From Fuerstiella sp. (GTDB taxonomy: Bacteria > Planctomycetota > Planctomycetia > Planctomycetales > Planctomycetaceae): DNA of 64,000 bases. Every line of letters starts with the position of its first letter. Position 1 is the first letter of the stretch. Positions 1 through 9,342 of the stretch are shown here, piece after piece. The DNA is taken from assembly GCA_022447225.1 (NCBI GenBank), contig JAKVAZ010000018.1, positions 10,882 to 74,881 of the forward strand. Reading direction: 5' to 3'. A program made the position numbers and the translations under genes. Under the pieces are notes generated by a model, which saw only the letters and a program-made list of their open reading frames with translations, did no database searches and was not told the origin of the DNA.

Positions 1-1444
1 CCTGGCTGATTGACTTTGTCAGGTTCTCCGGTGTTCGCATGGCGCGGTAGAAGTTAACAGGACCGTACTTGCCCGAATTACCTGTGGCTGTGACAAGTTC
101 CCGGACCCACTCGTCATAGGGGCGATTTGTCCGAAACTGTTCGCGCAGCCAGTTATCGAACTCGTAGGCCCCTCGTGCACCGAGTTTCTTTTCATTGACC
201 ATCAGGATGTCGGAAAATTTCAGTCCCCAGTATTCCGAATATTCCTCCCGCTGAAGTACTGCGTCTACGATGCTTTGACGCTTATCCGTGGAACGGTCGG
301 AAAGAAACGCGAGGACTTCTTTTGGAGACGGCAACGTTCCAATCGTATGAAGAAAGACACGCCTCAGGAATCTGCCATCGTCAGCAAGGTCTGAAGGCGC
401 GATGCCCAGTTTGTTCAGTTTTGTCCAAACCAGTTCATCGATCTGATTGTTGACGATCGGGTCGGGAAATCCATCGGCCATGCTGCTTCGCGGTACGATC
501 ACTCGCACGGCTCCTACAGCACCCATATAGTTCACCGTAATCGCTGCCTCACCCGGCGCTGTACCCGTCTGTATCCGACCGTCGGCATCAACATTTGCAA
601 CAACATCGGAATTGCTGGTGTAAGTTGTGGCCGACGTCACGTCTCGACGGCCGCCGTCTGAATAAACGGCGGTAACCAGAATTTGCTGTTCAGACTGCAT
701 GTCCAGCACGCGATCCATCGGCTCGACCTGAATGTTTGTCAGTTGAGGTGCTTCCTCGTCACCCCACGGCATTCCCTGTTCAATCCAGGCGTTGAGCAGT
801 TCGGATTCCTGTGAATCCGGAGCTGTTCGCTGACCGCCACCGTGTGGTTTAAGTCCAGTGGCCTTTAACAGCAGAAGACTTTGTGCCGGATCACCTGGAA
901 ATACGCGGCGCCCGCGACCTTCTCTCACAAGGGCGTCATAATCTGAATACGCGTCAAATCCAAACACTGACAGTTTGAAACCATTTTGCCCGGACTGTTT
1001 GCCGTGGCATCCACCGCTGTTGCAACCAAGTTTGGACAGCAGGGGGATCACGTCGTTTTGAAAATTGACCGGGGGATATTGACTAATGTCTGAAACTTCG
1101 ACTGAAACACGTGCTGTCAGCCCGGCATGGCGAACCAATAATTCGGTATGACCATCCACAACCCCAATGATGGTCGCGCCATCAATACGGGCAAATTCAG
1201 GGTTGACGAATTCGAATTCAGCCTGATGGGTCGCGTCAAACCGGCGGTCGGTTGCGGCTAATGCTGTGACAAGAATTTGCTGTCGTCGATTTGACCCCCC
1301 GATCACAATCTTTGACGGTGAGATCTCCAGCGATGTGGCCTGTTGGGGCGGAGCCTTCTGCACACCGCTGCTCACAGCAGGTGACCAGAGCATCAGCAGA
1401 ATCAAAGTTGCAAGTGAGGACCACTTCACCGGCAATTCTTCCAT
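1..1444 (-). CDS. DUF1549/DUF1553 (PSD1-like) planctomycete protein with Ig-like repeats, N-terminal part; gene continues past the window start
   Basis: Own minus-strand translation from ATG at 1444. It starts MEELPVKWSSLATLILLMLWSPAVSSG (signal peptide) and contains NDVIPLLSKLGCNSGGCHGKQSGQNGFKLSVFGF, GRFLRRVFLHTIGTLPSPKEV and EYWGLKFSDILMV. The frame stays open to base 1, so it is absent from the ORF track because it has no stop in the window. Confidence 0.7.
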   Translation of the reverse strand, partial: MEELPVKWSSLATLILLMLWSPAVSSGVQKAPPQQATSLEISPSKIVIGGSNRRQQILVTALAATDRRFDATHQAEFEFVNPEFARIDGATIIGVVDGHTELLVRHAGLTARVSVEVSDISQYPPVNFQNDVIPLLSKLGCNSGGCHGKQSGQNGFKLSVFGFDAYSDYDALVREGRGRRVFPGDPAQSLLLLKATGLKPHGGGQRTAPDSQESELLNAWIEQGMPWGDEEAPQLTNIQVEPMDRVLDMQSEQQILVTAVYSDGGRRDVTSATTYTSNSDVVANVDADGRIQTGTAPGEAAITVNYMGAVGAVRVIVPRSSMADGFPDPIVNNQIDELVWTKLNKLGIAPSDLADDGRFLRRVFLHTIGTLPSPKEVLAFLSDRSTDKRQSIVDAVLQREEYSEYWGLKFSDILMVNEKKLGARGAYEFDNWLREQFRTNRPYDEWVRELVTATGNSGKYGPVNFYRAMRTPENLTKSISQ

Positions 1445-1908
1445 AATATGGAAATTAGAAGGAATCATTGAAACAGGAATTTTCCGTACTTTCTCCGAAC
1501 ACGAAGCTCCACACAGAGATTACTCATATTATACCTGCTTTCCCAGTCGAATCGAGCCGGATACCGCCCGCAAACGGTCATTCGCTCTGTCGTATTCCGT
1601 ACGATCGACCATAGCGTGCGATCAGGCACATAAATACGGACTAACTCGGGAATTTTAATGCTATGGCACGTTCGGAAGCCGGTGTTTTCTGACAGGGGCC
1701 TCGTTCTTTGCGATGAATCGTGTTCATAAATCCGTGACCAGTGCCTGAAAAACGGATCCTCATGCGATTACCGCACCATATTATCTGACGCGTGTACGTG
1801 ATGTTGTGCACAACTTTGATCCCAACGTACCTGTCATCGGCGCTGCATTTTCGGTGTTGTGAGCGGATGTTTTCCGGACGAGTCTCACGCATTATCAAAA
1901 AACACGAC

Positions 1909-2712
1909 TCAGGAAAGCAGCAATTCCGGCAACGAAGCACTTCTTGTACCGGGGACAGGGTGATTTTCCAGTTCGCGAAAGGTGAACACGGTTGAGTACT
2001 TCGTCCGGCTGCTGGTGTTTCGAGTTGCGGAGTGAAAACTGCGAGCATGGAAAAACAGTACATCTCCCGGTCTCAGTTCAGCAGTCACTGCGCCTGCGAG
2101 CCAGGCCTGATTGTCCGGATGATTCACCCGGAGAAACTGCTGTTCATCCAGACGCCGGGGATCCACGGGCTGAGAGTGTGTGCCCGGGAGCAGTTGCAGG
2201 CATCCGTTTTCGGGACATTCTTCCGTCACTGCAATCCAGACATTTACGAGGTTTGAGTTTTGAAACGACCAGTATCGAATGTCCTGGTGCCAGCCCGTAT
2301 CACTGCTGAACTGAGGACTCTTGGTCATAATGCAGTTGTGATGAGCCAGTGGCATAATAATGTGATTGCCAAGCAGCTGCTGCAGACGCTGAAGCAGAAA
2401 GGGTTCTTTTACCAGTGAACAAAATACCGGATCACGACTGAACGCCTGCCTGAGTCGACGGATCGTTCGCCCGCCTTCCGCGTCCAGGGACTCAGGAGCT
2501 CCCGGATACCGAACGTCCGCTTCGTATTCGATATCTCCCAGTTCACCGGCGATGTCGCGATCGGCCAGGGATTTGATAGCCGACAGGTAGTGACCGGGAA
2601 TGAGATCGCGACAGATCCGGAATCCGTCGCGTTTGAACGACTCGGCTTCGGCTGCAGTGAATTGATCTGTATCTGCTTCAGCGATAGACATTATTTCAGG
2701 CCAGTAAGACAC
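1909..2712 (-). CDS. phytanoyl-CoA dioxygenase (PhyH) family Fe(II)/2-oxoglutarate oxygenase
   Basis: 267-aa ORF with WHQDIRYW, LLPGTHS and FFHARSFHS motifs typical of PhyH-type double-stranded beta-helix oxygenases. The start is either GTG at 2712 or ATG at 2691. Confidence 0.8.
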   Translation of the reverse strand: MSYWPEIMSIAEADTDQFTAAEAESFKRDGFRICRDLIPGHYLSAIKSLADRDIAGELGDIEYEADVRYPGAPESLDAEGGRTIRRLRQAFSRDPVFCSLVKEPFLLQRLQQLLGNHIIMPLAHHNCIMTKSPQFSSDTGWHQDIRYWSFQNSNLVNVWIAVTEECPENGCLQLLPGTHSQPVDPRRLDEQQFLRVNHPDNQAWLAGAVTAELRPGDVLFFHARSFHSATRNTSSRTKYSTVFTFRELENHPVPGTRSASLPELLLS

Positions 2713-2754
2713 CGGAATTCACCGTTCCGTGTCAGTGTTACAAAGACGAACCTG

Positions 2755-2825
2755 TGTGTTAGGGGAGGACTGTGTTAGGGGAGGACTGTGTTAGGGGAGG
2801 ACTGTGTTAGGGGAGGACTGTGTTA
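2755..2825. repeat. tandem repeat, 16-bp unit TGTGTTAGGGGAGGAC x4 plus a 7-nt partial unit
   Basis: Read directly. Perfect copies lie at 2755-2770, 2771-2786, 2787-2802 and 2803-2818, with a partial copy at 2819-2825. The repeat sits between the TPP-enzyme beta gene stop (2967) and the PhyH start (2712). Confidence 0.97.
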
Positions 2826-2966
2826 CCGGCAGGACAGCAGCTGGCTAGATCCGGGACGTTCTTCTGAATTCAGTTTTACGGGAACGTGCATCCATTGTCG
2901 GTTTTGGTATTCGGTTTACCGGTTTCACATCCGTTCCGTGGCTGTCGGATGGCCGCAGACAGTATA

Positions 2967-3569
2967 TTACTGTTCCAGTTCTGTCCGAAGTCGTTCGATC
3001 TGCTTATTCATTGGTTCCTGTTGAGTCATCATATCTTCACTCAGGGCAGGCGCGACTTTCAACCAGCAGAATCCAGGTCCCTTTTCGGACAGAAAACCGG
3101 CGGCAGCGTTTTGCCAGGAATCCGCATCATCAAATGTCGAGACGGATTCGAAACCGACGGACCGGGCCATCATGTCGAAACGTACACCTGCATCAGCCGC
3201 GGCAGTCTTTTGTCCCCCCGTCACGTCATAGATGCCGTTGTCGAGCAGGATCACAGACAAATTGCTGCATCCGGCGGCCGTGACAGATACCAGTGAGCCC
3301 AGGCTCATCAGAAGTGACCCGTCCCCGGAGACGACGATGACGCGACGCTGAGGCCGGGCCAGTGCGATCCCCATGGCCAGCGGAATGACGCCACCCATTG
3401 TTGACGGATTGAAATGAAAGTCCAGACGGTGGTTTTCAATCAAAGGCCAGACGCGCGAGGCCCCCATATTGGTTACGACCACGTCGGAATCAAGACGGGT
3501 ACCTGCCAGTGTGGAAAGGGATTCCCGAAGGGGAATTCGTGAGACTGTGTTGTGATCACCGTGCTGCAT
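2967..3569 (-). CDS. split thiamine-diphosphate decarboxylase, beta subunit (TPP-binding C-terminal domain; sulfopyruvate/phosphonopyruvate decarboxylase-like)
   Basis: VVSGDGSLLMSLGSL is a GDGS-type TPP/Mg-binding motif, followed by NGIYDVTGGQ. The longest ORF reaches 3617, but ATG at 3569 (MQHGDHNTVSRIPL) avoids overlap with the alpha subunit stop at 3577. Confidence 0.72.
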   Translation of the reverse strand: MQHGDHNTVSRIPLRESLSTLAGTRLDSDVVVTNMGASRVWPLIENHRLDFHFNPSTMGGVIPLAMGIALARPQRRVIVVSGDGSLLMSLGSLVSVTAAGCSNLSVILLDNGIYDVTGGQKTAAADAGVRFDMMARSVGFESVSTFDDADSWQNAAAGFLSEKGPGFCWLKVAPALSEDMMTQQEPMNKQIERLRTELEQ

Positions 3570-3576
3570 TTGCTGT

Positions 3577-4059
3577 TTACTCCGCGAGCAGTATCGCACC
3601 GGCTTGTCCGTCACCAAGACAGCTGCGAAGAAAATCTGTCAACTGTGGTTTATCCTCTTCGGTGGCAATCAGCTGATACCGGATTCCCCATGCCTGCAGA
3701 ACAGGTTCGGCGAATTTTCGGGCAGTATCCCGGGACTCCGCATTCAGCCAGTTTCTGGCGCCGATGATGGAAATGACCGGAATTCCAAGGTCGAAGAGTA
3801 TATTGCGGAGTGCGTCTCCGGATTCAAACAGACCGGTTGTCTGCATGATCACCACGGGGACTTTTCCGCCGAGGGTTAAGCCCGCCGCCAGTGGCCACGC
3901 TTCGCCTTCGCGACAGATCCGAAGCAGCTGGATATCTGATGAAGCCGAAAATGCGGATTCCCACTGACCGATGCAGGCATCAGGAATCCATATCGCGTGA
4001 GTAATGCCCAGTCCTGAAAGTTCCGTAACGATTTCTTCACCGGTGAAAATCATAATCAA
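3577..4059 (-). CDS. split thiamine-diphosphate decarboxylase, alpha subunit (TPP-enzyme N-terminal pyrimidine-binding domain; ComD-like)
   Basis: The 160-aa ORF has THAIWIPDACIGQW, CREGEAWPLAAGLTLGG and VVIMQTTGLFESGDAL, matching the N-terminal TPP domain. It lies immediately upstream of the beta subunit. Confidence 0.72.
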   Translation of the reverse strand: MIMIFTGEEIVTELSGLGITHAIWIPDACIGQWESAFSASSDIQLLRICREGEAWPLAAGLTLGGKVPVVIMQTTGLFESGDALRNILFDLGIPVISIIGARNWLNAESRDTARKFAEPVLQAWGIRYQLIATEEDKPQLTDFLRSCLGDGQAGAILLAE

Positions 4060-4284
4060 TCAGCCCTGGCTGTTCAGAGGGATGCGCACCGATCCTGATT
4101 CGTACGGCGGGTTCAAATGATACCTGCCACTGATCGTGCCGTCGATCAACGCGTCTGGATATCGTGTCGATGTCAGCAGACGGGGGCTGTTTCGTTCTTT
4201 CCACCCTGGTCTGTCGGAAATCAGAGTCTCAGCGGAGTCCGGGGGCCTGTTGGCCGAATTTCGGATTTTGCTTCACCGGCGCGA

Positions 4285-5166
4285 TCATTCTGCCTGGGAG
4301 TGAGCGGCCCCCGCTGGTTTTCCGTTCCGCCGGTTAAAACGAAACGGCTGAGTATTGCTGTCCGTAACGGTTACTTTCAGTGGCGGGGCCTTTCCGCCCT
4401 GGTCCACCTGGATTCGCAAAATATTCTTTGCAGCAAAAGGCCGGTCATGAATCCAGGAATGGCCGTCACCGTGAAGATAAAGAACGGGCTTGCCGAATGC
4501 CCTGGCCTCCACACTGAACGGCTGGAAAAAGTCGGCTTGTTTGGGCTTTGGCGTTGCATGTCCAAACAACACCAGACACGTAACGTCATTCCCAAATTCC
4601 GCGACGTTCTGCCGGACCCACTTCAACCCGGCTGCGTGCCGCTGTTTCCATTCATCGGCATCGTGAACGAGACCGCCGACGACGTTCAGGCCGATGAACA
4701 GCACACCATTTTTTACAAACGAAAAGTTTTCTTCATGTTCAATCTGTCGGAACAGCGGGAAACTGTGGTTCCAGCGGCGATCAAACCGACTGAAATACCG
4801 GTTCCAGTAGATCCATGCCTGTGCCGGATCAGTGCAGTCGTTCCATTCATTGTCGCCAGGGATAATGAACACAGGCGCCACAGACCTGCTGAGCATGCCG
4901 GAAACTTTTTGGTAAACCGCCTCGACACACGGAGGTCCTCCTCCTTTGATATCTCCTAAGTGCACCACGAACTCTGCGTCTGTCGGAATTTCGGCGATCT
5001 GTTTTGGCAGCAGTTCATCTTCTTCCGGCGCATAGGGTACGTCTCCCATGGCATAGAAACGGACGAGTGTCCTGTCATTTGTGTCAGGCCGTGCGTTTGC
5101 TGATGTAAAAAGGACACAGACGGTCAGTAACAGGGACAGCCGGAGCGGTGAACATCCGATTCTCAT
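4285..5166 (-). CDS. secreted calcineurin-like metallophosphoesterase
   Basis: Signal peptide MRIGCSPLRLSLLLTVCVLFTSANA, followed by the metallophosphoesterase motifs FYAMGDVPY, VHLGDI, PGDNEWND, LFGHA and LHGDGH. Confidence 0.8.
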   Translation of the reverse strand: MRIGCSPLRLSLLLTVCVLFTSANARPDTNDRTLVRFYAMGDVPYAPEEDELLPKQIAEIPTDAEFVVHLGDIKGGGPPCVEAVYQKVSGMLSRSVAPVFIIPGDNEWNDCTDPAQAWIYWNRYFSRFDRRWNHSFPLFRQIEHEENFSFVKNGVLFIGLNVVGGLVHDADEWKQRHAAGLKWVRQNVAEFGNDVTCLVLFGHATPKPKQADFFQPFSVEARAFGKPVLYLHGDGHSWIHDRPFAAKNILRIQVDQGGKAPPLKVTVTDSNTQPFRFNRRNGKPAGAAHSQAE

Positions 5167-5518
5167 TGAAGAATATCCTTTGAAGACAATTGTGAAGACA
5201 ACAGGGAATTACGAAAACAAAGGTGCCTGTATTGTGGACCGGATCGGTACCAGCTGCCACGTATCTGATGGATTTCCAACAGATACTGAGCAGCTTCAAT
5301 TCCGGCCCGCAAACTGATGACTCGGCTGACCCGGTTCGAATCAGTGGTTCGGTCTCGACATCAGTCGGACCATGTACCGTTCCAGCCTTTCACGAAGTTC
5401 CGGCGACACGAGATGCCCCGGTTCTGCGGACAAAACTCGTGTCGTACTGTTCAGAGTGCTGACGATACGACTCCTGTGCAGCAGAAGCAGATGTTACCTG
5501 CAGAACAGACTGACGTGT

Positions 5519-6475
5519 TCAAAACTGAGCTTCAATCTCAATAAAACCGGTCCACGTATCGCCTGGTTCCAGCACCCGCAACCCCGCGTCAAACCCCTGA
5601 TTTACAAGATTGATGGCGTCAGTTGCGCATGTATAGGGTTCCAGACAAATGGCTGATGTCCACGGAGGTGTGAATGCGATCAACTCCTGAAAGTCGGCTG
5701 AGAAGCGCTGGATGACCTGATGTCCGGAGTCTGGATCCGTAAGACGGGTCTCCACACTTCCATTGGTGGAGGGATGCAGGCCGGAAAACGCGTCGTCAAG
5801 TTTAAGTGAGCTGAACAGCGGTGATTCCTGAAGTGCGGCGTCTGCCGGAATCTCCACCGTTTTTCCGGTCGGCAGGCATTCACTCAATTGTCGCGAGTGA
5901 ATGACGGGGGCAAAAACTGTGCACTGTGCTGCATCAGCTCCACCGAGCGGCAAACGAAAATACGCGTGAGTCCCCAGCCCCCATGGTAATGGTTTGACAT
6001 CGGGATTATGCACGGTGAAATCTGAACGCAGTGTTGTTTCAGAAACCGTATACTGAACTGACAGCCTGGCGTCAGCCGGCCAGAGGGACGCCCGGTCCGC
6101 CGCGTCCTGGCTAATCTGAAAGACACCGGTGACCGACGATTCTGTCTGTTTTTCAACACGCCACGGACGATCCAGACAGAATCCGTGAATCGCGTTTCCG
6201 GATCCGTCGTAGCCGACCAGGGATTCGGGCAGTTCGTAGTCCTGCCCGTCCCATGAGTACTTTCCGGACCGAATACGATTCGGAAAGGGAAACAAAACCG
6301 GAATTCCATTGTGACTGGGCGGACGGTTTCCTTCTTCGAAATCGTCTTCAGCATGAATGACGTTCAGTTCCTGGTTGCCCTGTCGAGGCACAAAACGAAA
6401 GCAGTTGAATCCCGACTCAACTGCAATCGCAGCCCGGGACCCGGACTGTGTGTCAGAAATCTCTATGACGGACAT
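5519..6475 (-). CDS. aldose 1-epimerase (galactose mutarotase-like) family protein
   Basis: NGIPVLFPFPNRIRSGKYSWDGQDYELP and NAIHGF, then LGTHAYFRLP, fit the Aldose_epim fold signature. Confidence 0.8.
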   Translation of the reverse strand: MSVIEISDTQSGSRAAIAVESGFNCFRFVPRQGNQELNVIHAEDDFEEGNRPPSHNGIPVLFPFPNRIRSGKYSWDGQDYELPESLVGYDGSGNAIHGFCLDRPWRVEKQTESSVTGVFQISQDAADRASLWPADARLSVQYTVSETTLRSDFTVHNPDVKPLPWGLGTHAYFRLPLGGADAAQCTVFAPVIHSRQLSECLPTGKTVEIPADAALQESPLFSSLKLDDAFSGLHPSTNGSVETRLTDPDSGHQVIQRFSADFQELIAFTPPWTSAICLEPYTCATDAINLVNQGFDAGLRVLEPGDTWTGFIEIEAQF

Positions 6476-6712
6476 GACTCGTCTCTTTCCACGAGGGGCC
6501 TCGACAGCAACGGCGCAACAGGAGCCGGTTCAACCAATTTTGACACTCCGATTTACAGGATTCACGTTTCAAAAGCTACCTTGAATGAGCAGACTTGGAG
6601 TGTCCGGTCATGATAGAATAACAGCGGTTGTCTATGCTGATTCATATCCGTCGATTTCGGCAGACTGCTATCGATTTCATCCGTCAGTCTTCAACACAGG
6701 TCGCAGCGGATC

Positions 6713-8152
6713 ATGGCACCAACGTACAAGCTGACAAAATCCGAACCTCGCGCCGGTTCACCGACAGACACGGTAGAGTCTCAGAGGCGGGATCTGCTGC
6801 AGTCCGGCCGTCTGGTGTCTCTGGATGCTTATCGCGGGTTCATCATGATCGTCCTGGCGGCCCATGGGTTTGGATTCAGTGACTTCGCGGAATTACCGCG
6901 TGATGCCCCTGCATGGAAAACAGCCGACTACGATACCTGGCAGACGATCGGCTTCCACTTTCGACATGCCAAATGGGTTGCGATTGACAACATTCACGGG
7001 ATTGCGTTCTGGGATCTGATCCAGCCTTCGTTCATGTTTATGGTGGGCGTCGCAATGCCTTTTTCCGTGTTGCGGCGGTCTGCAGCCGGCCAGGCTTCAT
7101 GGAAACGACTGATTCATGCGTTGATTCGATCTGTTGTTCTGGTGCTGCTGGGAGTCTTTTTGTACTCACTGCAGCATCCTCGCACGAACTGGATTTTTCC
7201 TAATGTCCTGGCACAAATTGGCCTGGGGTATTTCTTTGTATACCTGCTTCTGAATCGGTCGAAGAGAATCCAGCTGACCGCACTGGCCCTGATTCTTGTC
7301 GGCTACTGGAGTTTGTTCTATTTCAATCCAGCCCCGGAGGACTACGACTATGCGGCCGTGAATGCGGACATTGAAAACGGAGAGGTCTTTACAGATCAAA
7401 TGGCGCCGTGGTCTAAAAACGGAAATGTGGCATTTCGATTTGATCAGTGGTTGTTGCCGCAACTCAGGACGCTCCGGGGCGAAGAGATATCCACAACAGA
7501 AGAACAGGCGGCCGACTCAAATACTGAATCACTTCACGATGTGGTCCCGGAATCAACGTTCCTGCCGAGCCTGGTGCGTCAGTGGTTTTTCAGCAATCCG
7601 AATGAATATCGGTTCAATCGCAGCGGTTACACCACACTGAACTTTGTCCCGTCGATGGCCACTATGCTGCTGGGGGTTTTGTGTGGTCAGCTGCTGATGT
7701 GCGGAAAAAGCCGCGGCTATAAAGTGAGCCGGCTGCTGGTCGCCGGCGCCGTCTGTCTTTCTCTGGGAATGGCAGTGCATCTGACAGTGTGTCCGATTAT
7801 CAAAGTTATCTGGACACCTGGCTGGACATTGTTCAGTGGTGGATGCGTTATCTGGATGCTGGCAGCGTTCTACACCGTGTTTGATATCCTGCCGTTCGGC
7901 AAGCTGGCCTGGCCACTGCAGGTTGTGGGCCTGAACTCACTGGCCGTGTACCTGATGGGGCAGCTTCTCCACAACTGGGTTGGTGAAAAAGTCGTAGCAA
8001 TTCATCTGTCCGGTGTTTTGGAATCCATATTCGGTGCAGACGCCATGAGTGACGATCTGTTTGGACGGATTATTGAGCCGACGTCCGTGGTTCTCGTCTT
8101 ATGGCTGGCAGCGGTCTACATGTACCGGCACCGAATTTTTGTACGTGTGTAG
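6713..8152 (+). CDS. multi-pass membrane acyltransferase-like protein (DUF5009/DUF1624, heparan-alpha-glucosaminide N-acetyltransferase-like)
   Basis: RLVSLDAYRGFIMIVLAAHGFGF near the N-terminus, followed by about 10 hydrophobic segments. The exact start is uncertain. Confidence 0.6.
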   Translation: MAPTYKLTKSEPRAGSPTDTVESQRRDLLQSGRLVSLDAYRGFIMIVLAAHGFGFSDFAELPRDAPAWKTADYDTWQTIGFHFRHAKWVAIDNIHGIAFWDLIQPSFMFMVGVAMPFSVLRRSAAGQASWKRLIHALIRSVVLVLLGVFLYSLQHPRTNWIFPNVLAQIGLGYFFVYLLLNRSKRIQLTALALILVGYWSLFYFNPAPEDYDYAAVNADIENGEVFTDQMAPWSKNGNVAFRFDQWLLPQLRTLRGEEISTTEEQAADSNTESLHDVVPESTFLPSLVRQWFFSNPNEYRFNRSGYTTLNFVPSMATMLLGVLCGQLLMCGKSRGYKVSRLLVAGAVCLSLGMAVHLTVCPIIKVIWTPGWTLFSGGCVIWMLAAFYTVFDILPFGKLAWPLQVVGLNSLAVYLMGQLLHNWVGEKVVAIHLSGVLESIFGADAMSDDLFGRIIEPTSVVLVLWLAAVYMYRHRIFVRV

Positions 8153-8196
8153 CCGACTGAACACGGAGACACGGGCTGTGTGGCCATAACTTTGAC

Positions 8197-9180
8197 TCAA
8201 ACATCAAGACCCCGAAGCGGCAGGCCGGCCGCTTCGTAGCAGCGATCGATCAGCTGCATCTGTTTAACGGCGTCTGCCGGTCCGGTCAGCAGGGGCGTGC
8301 CGTTTTCGACCGCATCAATAAATGCGTCCAGCTGGTAAGCATACGTGGTGCGGTGATCCAGTTCTTCCGCCGTCCTGTGCCCCTGGACGTCCAGTTCAAT
8401 CCTGTGTCCTTTGTGCGGCACCAGTGGATTGGTCACTTTGATTGTTCCCTGATCACCTGTGACCGTCAGTTCCATGCGCTTCTCTGTGCCTGGACGCATA
8501 TCCCCCGAAACAGTGGCCTCAATTCCGGCGGGAAAGCGGAACCTGGCCTGCAGGAACGTATCGACGTTCGCTGCTCCCGTTTCCGCAGCTGCAGTAACGT
8601 CTATCGGCTCTTCGCCGGTAATGTGACGCACCCAGGATATGGGGTAGCAGCCAATATCCATCGTAACGCCGCCACCCGTTTCGTAAATCATTCGGATATC
8701 TTCCGGATCGGTGATTTCAATATGGAAGACCGCATCAATGGATCGCAACTGCCCCAGCATACCGGAATCCACGATCTCTTTGGCCCGGTGGAATACCGGG
8801 TGGTAGCGATAGTGGAATGCTTCCATGAGTATCCGGTCTGTGTCTTCCGCAACGGTTGCCATTTCAGCAGCTTCCCGAGCGTTGGCGGACAGTGACTTTT
8901 CACACAGAACATGTTTGTCTGCACGCAATGCTCTGATCGTCCATTCGTGATGTAATGAGATCGGCAGAGGGTTGTAGACGGCATCGATCACAGGGTCGCT
9001 GATGACATCATTGTAGTCGTTGTGTACGACGGGAATGCCGTGTTCCACGGCAAACTGCTCTGCCCTTCCTCTGTCTCGCGCGGCGATGCAGTGAACTTCG
9101 GCCCGTGCTTCATCAGCACACGGATCGATGAGTGCGCCTGGTGCGATTCGGGCGGCGCCCAGAATTCCAATTCGTATCAT
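8197..9180 (-). CDS. Gfo/Idh/MocA family NAD(P)-dependent oxidoreductase
   Basis: MIRIGILGAARIAPGALI is a Rossmann N-terminus, and EKSL is the family's characteristic EKP-like motif. The ORF extends to 9246, but ATG at 9180 gives the canonical N-terminus. Confidence 0.85.
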   Translation of the reverse strand: MIRIGILGAARIAPGALIDPCADEARAEVHCIAARDRGRAEQFAVEHGIPVVHNDYNDVISDPVIDAVYNPLPISLHHEWTIRALRADKHVLCEKSLSANAREAAEMATVAEDTDRILMEAFHYRYHPVFHRAKEIVDSGMLGQLRSIDAVFHIEITDPEDIRMIYETGGGVTMDIGCYPISWVRHITGEEPIDVTAAAETGAANVDTFLQARFRFPAGIEATVSGDMRPGTEKRMELTVTGDQGTIKVTNPLVPHKGHRIELDVQGHRTAEELDHRTTYAYQLDAFIDAVENGTPLLTGPADAVKQMQLIDRCYEAAGLPLRGLDV

Positions 9181-9342
9181 GTCCGCGGTCAGTCTGTTTG
9201 GATGTCGTTCCTCAGGGGCCTGGTCTGTTCGGAAACGTCTGCACACTTACGTGGTGATTGCGGTGCCGGAACAGAACGAAGTGTGGACGGTTCTGCTGCG
9301 GACCAGCACCACACCGACCCGCGAGCATTCGTCACCGAACCT

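Noticed and set aside
2755-2825. CRISPR array
   Set aside because: The units are directly abutting 16-mers with no spacers, far shorter than CRISPR repeats, and no cas genes are present.
4117-4959. 280-aa plus-strand ORF
   Set aside because: It is antisense to the metallophosphoesterase, which has a signal peptide and all the phosphoesterase motifs.
5325-5350. GGTTCGAATC T-loop-like word suggesting another tRNA
   Set aside because: The flanking bases cannot form a T-stem (CCCGG versus CAGTG), and no cloverleaf can be drawn.
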